Positions 59,068 through 64,000 of a DNA stretch of 64,000 nt are shown here, piece by piece. The position numbers and the translations under genes are program-made. The DNA is from Acidilobaceae archaeon (GTDB taxonomy: Archaea > Thermoproteota > Thermoprotei_A > Sulfolobales > Acidilobaceae). Positions within the stretch are counted from its first letter, which is position 1, and each line of letters opens with the position of its first letter. The notes beneath the pieces are model-generated. The model ran no database searches, was not told where the DNA came from, and worked only from the letters and a program-made list of their open reading frames with translations. The DNA is taken from positions 576,001-640,000 of the forward strand of contig JAWAWX010000001.1 in the NCBI GenBank assembly GCA_038897215.1, in the 5' to 3' direction.

Positions 59068-60726
59068 GTGAGCGTCAGGATCCCAGTTACCGAGGCTACA
59101 GGAGTCCCAGTGTTGATACTGAAAGAGGGGACCTCTAGGACTGTCGGCAGAGAGGCTTTTAGAGTCAACGCTATGGCTGTGAAGGCTATCGCCGAGATGC
59201 TGAGGACCACATATGGCCCCAAGGGAATGGATAAGATGCTGGTAGATAGCCTCGGCGATATAACGATAACCAACGACGGAGCCACTATACTCGACAAGAT
59301 GGATGTCCAGCATCCCACAGCTAAGATGCTAGTCCAGATAGCAAAAGGGCAGGACGCTGAGGCGGGTGATGGGACTAAGACCGCGGTCATACTGGCTGGA
59401 GAGCTCATAAAGGAGGCGGAGAAGCTTCTCGATAAGAACATACACCCAACGATAATAATCGAGGGCTACAAGCAGGCTGCTGAGAAAGCTGTCGAGTACC
59501 TCTCCTCCATAGCTATCTCCATCACTCCCGAGCAGAGAGACGTGCTCTTGAGGATAGCTATGACTAGCTTGAGTAGCAAGGCTGTGAAAGACGCTAGAGA
59601 GCACCTGGCGGAGCTCGCTGTAGAAGCTGTTCTAGCTGTAGCCGAGAAGCGTGGAGACAGGTGGTACGTAGACCACAACAACATACAGATCATCAAGAAA
59701 CACGGAGGTAGCCTCCAGGACACTCAGCTAGTCAAGGGCATAGTCTTAGACAAGGAGGTAGTCCACCCAGACATGCCCAAGAGAGTGGAGAACGCTAGGA
59801 TAGCTCTCCTAGACGCTCCTCTCGAGATAGAGAAGCCCGAGATCGACTTGGAGATAAGCATATCGAGCCCCGAGCATCTCAAGAAGCTGATGGAGAAACA
59901 GGAGAGGATACTAGCGGAGAAGGTTGAGAAGATAGCTGCTACCGGAGCCAACGTGGTGATCACTCAGAAAGGCATAGACGACGTGGCTCAGTACTATCTA
60001 GCTAGAAAGGGGATACTGGCAGTCAGGAGAGTCAAGAGGAGCGATATAGAGAAGCTAGCTAGAGCAACCGGAGCCAGGATAGTCACAGACATAGACGACC
60101 TGAAGCCCGAAGACTTAGGCTACGCTACTCTAGTAGAGGAGAGGAAGGTTGGAGAAGACAAGATGGTGTTCATAGAGGGAGCTAAGGAGCAGAGAAGCGT
60201 CACTATACTCATAAGAGGAGGCTTCGAGAGACTCGTTGAGGAGGCGGATAGAGCTCTACACGACGCCATAAGGAGCGTGGCAGACGCCGTCATGGACGGG
60301 AAAATCGTGGGTGGAGCCGGGGCAGCAGAGGTAGAGGTGGCTAAACACCTCTACGAGTACTCGAAGAGCCTAGCCGGCAAGATCCAGCTAGCGGTAGAGT
60401 CTTACGCGCGAGCCCTAGAATCCATACCCCAGATACTGGCCTTCAACGCGGGGCTAGACCCGATAGAGACTCTAGTCAAGCTGAGGAGCGCTCACGCCAG
60501 CCCTGAGGGCAGGTGGATAGGTCTAGACGTAGACACAGGGAACCCCCTGAACTCCATAGAGAGAGGGATAGTGGAGCCTCTCAGAGTGAAAGCAAACGCC
60601 TACAAGGCGGCAGCAGAGATAGCCACGCTCATACTCAGAATAGACGATATGATAGCAGCCAAGAGAGAGGAGAAGAAGGAAGAGGAGAAGAAGAAGGAGA
60701 AGAAGGAAGAAGAAGAGGAGAAGTAG
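59068..60726 (+). CDS. ths: Thermosome subunit (second paralogue)
   Basis: GPKGMDKML, TNDGATI, GDGTKT, LRIDD, K/E tail. Confidence 0.98.
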   Translation: MSVRIPVTEATGVPVLILKEGTSRTVGREAFRVNAMAVKAIAEMLRTTYGPKGMDKMLVDSLGDITITNDGATILDKMDVQHPTAKMLVQIAKGQDAEAGDGTKTAVILAGELIKEAEKLLDKNIHPTIIIEGYKQAAEKAVEYLSSIAISITPEQRDVLLRIAMTSLSSKAVKDAREHLAELAVEAVLAVAEKRGDRWYVDHNNIQIIKKHGGSLQDTQLVKGIVLDKEVVHPDMPKRVENARIALLDAPLEIEKPEIDLEISISSPEHLKKLMEKQERILAEKVEKIAATGANVVITQKGIDDVAQYYLARKGILAVRRVKRSDIEKLARATGARIVTDIDDLKPEDLGYATLVEERKVGEDKMVFIEGAKEQRSVTILIRGGFERLVEEADRALHDAIRSVADAVMDGKIVGGAGAAEVEVAKHLYEYSKSLAGKIQLAVESYARALESIPQILAFNAGLDPIETLVKLRSAHASPEGRWIGLDVDTGNPLNSIERGIVEPLRVKANAYKAAAEIATLILRIDDMIAAKREEKKEEEKKKEKKEEEEEK

Positions 60727-60831
60727 GGAATCCCGCTGAGCCCTTCTCTCTCCCCTCTCGATTAAGTAGCTCTCAAACCCGCTCCTAGCCTCTATTCTAT
60801 CCTCTAGTCTAGCCTAGCATCTAGGAGCCTA

Positions 60832-60889
60832 GGGGTCGGCGAGGTGTCTTCTACTCACTAGCTCGTCGTCGTCGCCTCCCCTCATCCCC
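60832..60889 (-). ncRNA. Candidate box C/D guide sRNA
   Basis: gggg-ATGAGGG-12nt-ACGA-gcta-GTGAGTA-12nt-CCGA-cccc; degenerate boxes but exact 12-nt guides and a terminal stem. Confidence 0.55.
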
Positions 60890-60970
60890 GGCTATCACTG
60901 TACTTGTCGAGGAGCTATAAGGCTATGTTTTCTCTGAGGGCTTGTAGGCTTAGTCGCGCTAGCTCTCGGG

Positions 60971-62398
60971 GTGCGCGGCTTGAGTGAGGAGGCTCCCGTC
61001 AAGACTCACGTGGACTACGCTCACGAACTCGACGTCTTGGTCAAGCCGGAAGCCTTGATCCCGGGCGTGGAGAGAGAGGCGGGCTCTCTCCTGGGCTCCG
61101 GCTTCCCCTTGTTCAGCATAGGCGGAGGCTACTTGAGGCAAGCTCTCTCCTGGATCCTCCTAAGCTTCCACTCTAGGCGAGGCTACTACATAGTGGATAC
61201 TCCGTCTATAGCTAGTAGCGAGCTCTTCCAGATCTCCGGCCACATGGACTTCTACAGGAAGAACATGTTCGTGCTGAGCATAGAGGAGAAAGACTACGTG
61301 GTAAAGCCCATGAACTGCCCCTTCCACATCCTCATATTCTTGAACGAGCTCGGCAAGAGAAGAGGCAGGCTCAAGCTCCCCTTCAAGATATTCGAGCTCG
61401 GCAGAGTCCACAGGTACGAGCCCAGCGGGACTATACACGGGCTGCTTAGAGTCAGAGGCTTCACTCAAGACGATGCCCACATAGTGGTGGAGGAGTCTCA
61501 GACAGCTGAGGTCGTGCTGAGTGTGTTCGAGGAGATGAGAGTGCTCCTAGAGGAGGTCTTCTCTCTCCCTCTGGGCTCGGAGAACGCCCGGATTAGAGTC
61601 AGCGTCTCCGACAAGAGCCTAATAGGCAAAGACTTCATGGGCTCTCTCAGCGAGTGGGAGCACGCTGAAGACGTTCTAGAGAAGGTGGCGAGACACATAG
61701 AGGAGCGCTACGGAGTAAAGAAGACCGTGGGGGTTGGCGAGGCAGCCTTCTACGGGCCTAAGATAGACTTCATGCTTGTCGTGAGAGAAGCGAGCGTAGT
61801 CAAGGAGTGGCAGATGGGCACGATCCAGTTCGACTTCAACCTACCCAGGAGATTCAATATAGAGAAAGAGGTCAGAGAGGTCTTCGGAGACGTGAGGGTA
61901 TACCTGATCCACAGAGCTCTACTAGGCTCTCTCGAGAGATTCCTAGGAGGCTACCTGGAGTACTCTAGAGGCAGGCTGCCCTTCCCGCTAGCCCCTCTCC
62001 AGATAGCGGTTCTCGCCATCAAGGGGGGAGGCGAGGAGGACAGAGAGATAGCGGAGATAGCCGAGGAGCTCAAGAAGAGACTCGCATCGCTCGGGTTCAG
62101 AGTAGGGGTAGCGGAGACGAGCAAGACGGGGCTCTCCGGCGCTGTGAGACAGCTCGAGTCAACCCTGAAGCCCCCCATCGTGGTCTACGTGGGGGCTCGC
62201 GAAGCCAGAGAGAGGTTCCTCACAGTCTCAGTGTACTCTATGAGAGACCGTAGGAGAGAGCAGAAGAGAGTACGCTACGAGACGCTGGAAGACGCGGTCT
62301 CCAGGCTAGAGGAGCTAGCAGAGCAGCTAGAAGAGGGGGTGGTCAGAGTCTCGGGAGCCAGGCCCAGGCTACCGGCAGACCTCAGCTTCCTCCTCTAG
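60971..62398 (+). CDS. thrS: Threonyl-tRNA synthetase, catalytic subunit without editing domain
   Basis: KPMNCPFH, RYEPSG, RVRGFTQDDAH, AFYGPKID, HRA..GS.ERF. Confidence 0.96.
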   Translation: MRGLSEEAPVKTHVDYAHELDVLVKPEALIPGVEREAGSLLGSGFPLFSIGGGYLRQALSWILLSFHSRRGYYIVDTPSIASSELFQISGHMDFYRKNMFVLSIEEKDYVVKPMNCPFHILIFLNELGKRRGRLKLPFKIFELGRVHRYEPSGTIHGLLRVRGFTQDDAHIVVEESQTAEVVLSVFEEMRVLLEEVFSLPLGSENARIRVSVSDKSLIGKDFMGSLSEWEHAEDVLEKVARHIEERYGVKKTVGVGEAAFYGPKIDFMLVVREASVVKEWQMGTIQFDFNLPRRFNIEKEVREVFGDVRVYLIHRALLGSLERFLGGYLEYSRGRLPFPLAPLQIAVLAIKGGGEEDREIAEIAEELKKRLASLGFRVGVAETSKTGLSGAVRQLESTLKPPIVVYVGAREARERFLTVSVYSMRDRRREQKRVRYETLEDAVSRLEELAEQLEEGVVRVSGARPRLPADLSFLL

Positions 62399-62433
62399 GG
62401 TTGGAGAGCGGAGGGCGAGGGGCTGGGAGGATT

Positions 62434-62517
62434 TGTGCTAGACCCCGCCGGCTCCCCTCTTCATCCCATTCCCGGGTAGCTCTCCGGGAGCGTCTGAGAG
62501 GTTCCCCGGGCTCTAGC
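62434..62517 (-). ncRNA. H/ACA pseudouridylation guide sRNA
   Basis: Minus strand GCTAGA..TCTAGC basal stem directly followed by ACA; internal pocket; CCTCT/AGAGG upper stem with K-turn (CAGA / ATGAAGA). Confidence 0.68.
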
Positions 62518-62536
62518 TTCCTCCTCTCCGAGCTTA

Positions 62537-63826
62537 TTAGCGTTTGAACGCGGAGACTCCAGCGTACCTAGCCTGGGGGCCGAGCTCTTCCTCGATCTCG
62601 ATTAGCCTATTGTACTTAGCCGTTCTCTCTCCTCGAGCCGGAGCTCCCGTCTTTATCAGGGGGGCTCTCAGAGCTACAGCTAGGTCTGCTATGAAGGGGT
62701 CTTCTGTGTCGCCGCTTCTATGGCTCACGACCACCTTGAGCTGGCTGGATTCGGCTAGGTGAGCGTACTCTAGAGCCTCTGTGAGAGTCCCCACCTGGTT
62801 TACTTTGAGTAGAGCTGCTGTCGTCGAGCCAGCCTCCAGACCCTTCTTGAGCCTGTCTACTCTGGTGACGTATAGGTCGTCTCCGCAGACTAGAGCTCTC
62901 CCCCCGAGTCTTCTGGCTAGTTCAGCGAACCCCTCGAAGTCGTCTTCTGCCAGAGGGTCTTCTATGTAGGCTATGGGGTATCTCGACGCTAGCCCCGCGT
63001 AGAGCTCTACGAGCTCTCCTCTGCCGAGCAGCCTCCCGTCTACTCTGTAGCCTCCGCTCTCTCTAAGCTGGCTAGCTGCAGCGTCGACCCCTAGGAGCAC
63101 GTCTGAGCCCTCAGAGTAGCCCGACCTCCTCACAGCCTCTACTAGAGCCTCTAGAGCCTCCTCCACTCTCCTCATGGGGGGAGCGAAGCCTCCCTCGTCT
63201 CCAACGTTCACAGCGCTCGCTCCATACCTCTCTCTAAGCAACCTCTTGAGCTCCCAGTAGACCTCTACGGCTACGCGGAGAGCTTCAGTGAAGCTATCAG
63301 CGTTCACGGGAGCGATCAGGAACTCCTGGAAGGAGAGCTCGTTGCCAGCATGAACCCCCCCGTTGATCACGTTCATGAGGGGGGTCGGGAGAACCCTGGC
63401 CGAGACCCCGCCCAGGTACCTGTAGAGAGGGAGGCCTAGCTGAGCTGCCGCAGCTCTAGCCACAGCCAGGCTGACGGCTGTGGTCACGTTGCCCCCGAGT
63501 CTCGACTTATCCTCCGTTCCGTCTAGAGCAACCAGCATAGCGTCTACCAAAGCCTGGCTCCTCGCATCAACCCCCACAAGCCTGGGGGCGACGACCTCGT
63601 TGAGCCTAGCTAAAGCGATAGAGACCCCTCTCCCAGCCCACCTCCTCCCCCCATCTCTCAGCTCTACAGCCTCCCCCGAGCCTCTACTAGCACCACTCGG
63701 AGCAATAGCCCAGCCGACAGCACCCCCCCGAGTAGCGACTACAGCCTTAACAGTAGGAGACCCTCGAGAGTCGAGAGCAAGAAGCCCTCTAACAGAAGCT
63801 ATCTCGAAAACCCCCAAGACACCCAC
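62537..63826 (-). CDS. eno: Enolase
   Basis: DSRG.PTV, PSGAS, GDEGGF, LKVNQVG, SHRSG, RGERTAKYN. Confidence 0.97.
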   Translation of the reverse strand: MGVLGVFEIASVRGLLALDSRGSPTVKAVVATRGGAVGWAIAPSGASRGSGEAVELRDGGRRWAGRGVSIALARLNEVVAPRLVGVDARSQALVDAMLVALDGTEDKSRLGGNVTTAVSLAVARAAAAQLGLPLYRYLGGVSARVLPTPLMNVINGGVHAGNELSFQEFLIAPVNADSFTEALRVAVEVYWELKRLLRERYGASAVNVGDEGGFAPPMRRVEEALEALVEAVRRSGYSEGSDVLLGVDAAASQLRESGGYRVDGRLLGRGELVELYAGLASRYPIAYIEDPLAEDDFEGFAELARRLGGRALVCGDDLYVTRVDRLKKGLEAGSTTAALLKVNQVGTLTEALEYAHLAESSQLKVVVSHRSGDTEDPFIADLAVALRAPLIKTGAPARGERTAKYNRLIEIEEELGPQARYAGVSAFKR

Positions 63827-63928
63827 ACACCCAGCCGAGGAGACCCCCAGCAGAGCGAGGAAAAAACTTTAGCGAGAAAGAATGGAGGGAGAGAGAAGAG
63901 AGCTAGCGGCTACGGAGTCTGCTACTCG

Positions 63929-64000
63929 CTAGCCTCTGGGCTCGACGGGTCTCTCAATGGTGTACTCGCTACCGGCCTCAGTGAAGACCTTTATGACGTG
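63929..64000 (-). CDS. 3' end of a gene starting outside the window
   Basis: ...HVIKVFTEAGSEYTIERPVEPRG*. Confidence 0.5.
   Translation of the reverse strand, partial: HVIKVFTEAGSEYTIERPVEPRG

Noticed and set aside
60661-60723. GAG/AAG low-complexity repeat
   Set aside because: Encodes the usual K/E-rich thermosome tail
60971-62398. Truncated ThrRS as a pseudogene
   Set aside because: Split catalytic/editing ThrRS is established in Aeropyrum and Sulfolobus
1-64000. CRISPR arrays, rRNA, IS elements, integrase, inteins
   Set aside because: No regularly spaced repeats, rRNA-like tracts, transposase/integrase motifs or oversized host proteins (PolB1, aIF5B) seen

Overview
Core chromosomal DNA of a hyperthermophilic crenarchaeon (Thermoproteota; gene content, split ThrRS, split archaeosine TGT, WhiP, Rpo8 and frequent TTG/GTG starts point to Desulfurococcales/Acidilobales, Aeropyrum-like). 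About 70 densely packed genes, mostly informational: two thermosome subunits, Gar1-TFB, the S6e-aIF2gamma-Rpo7-Spt4-S24e-S27ae-KEOPS superoperon, PolB1, aIF5B, aRF1, TFE/Trm56/HflX/MBF1/PAN, Lsm-TGT, Rpo8, ThrRS and enolase. Also present: a type IV pilus locus, an AglB N-glycosylation operon, a large S8 protease and tRNA-iMet. No CRISPR array, rRNA or transposase was seen. Signals missed by the ORF track: (1) a whiP initiator gene surrounded and internally overlaid by about 7 copies of an 18-bp GTWAA-N8-TWAAM motif (candidate replication origin); (2) three C/D-box and one or two H/ACA guide sRNAs; (3) conserved genes (tgtA, whiP) whose N-termini have no ATG/GTG/TTG start; (4) a catalytically dead TtuA/Ncs6 paralogue resembling eukaryotic Ctu2; (5) a four-gene exported-protein/membrane-sensor/wHTH module behind a palindrome-rich promoter; (6) strong CTAG enrichment alongside an orphan C5 methyltransferase. 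All calls come from reading motifs by eye; no searches were run.
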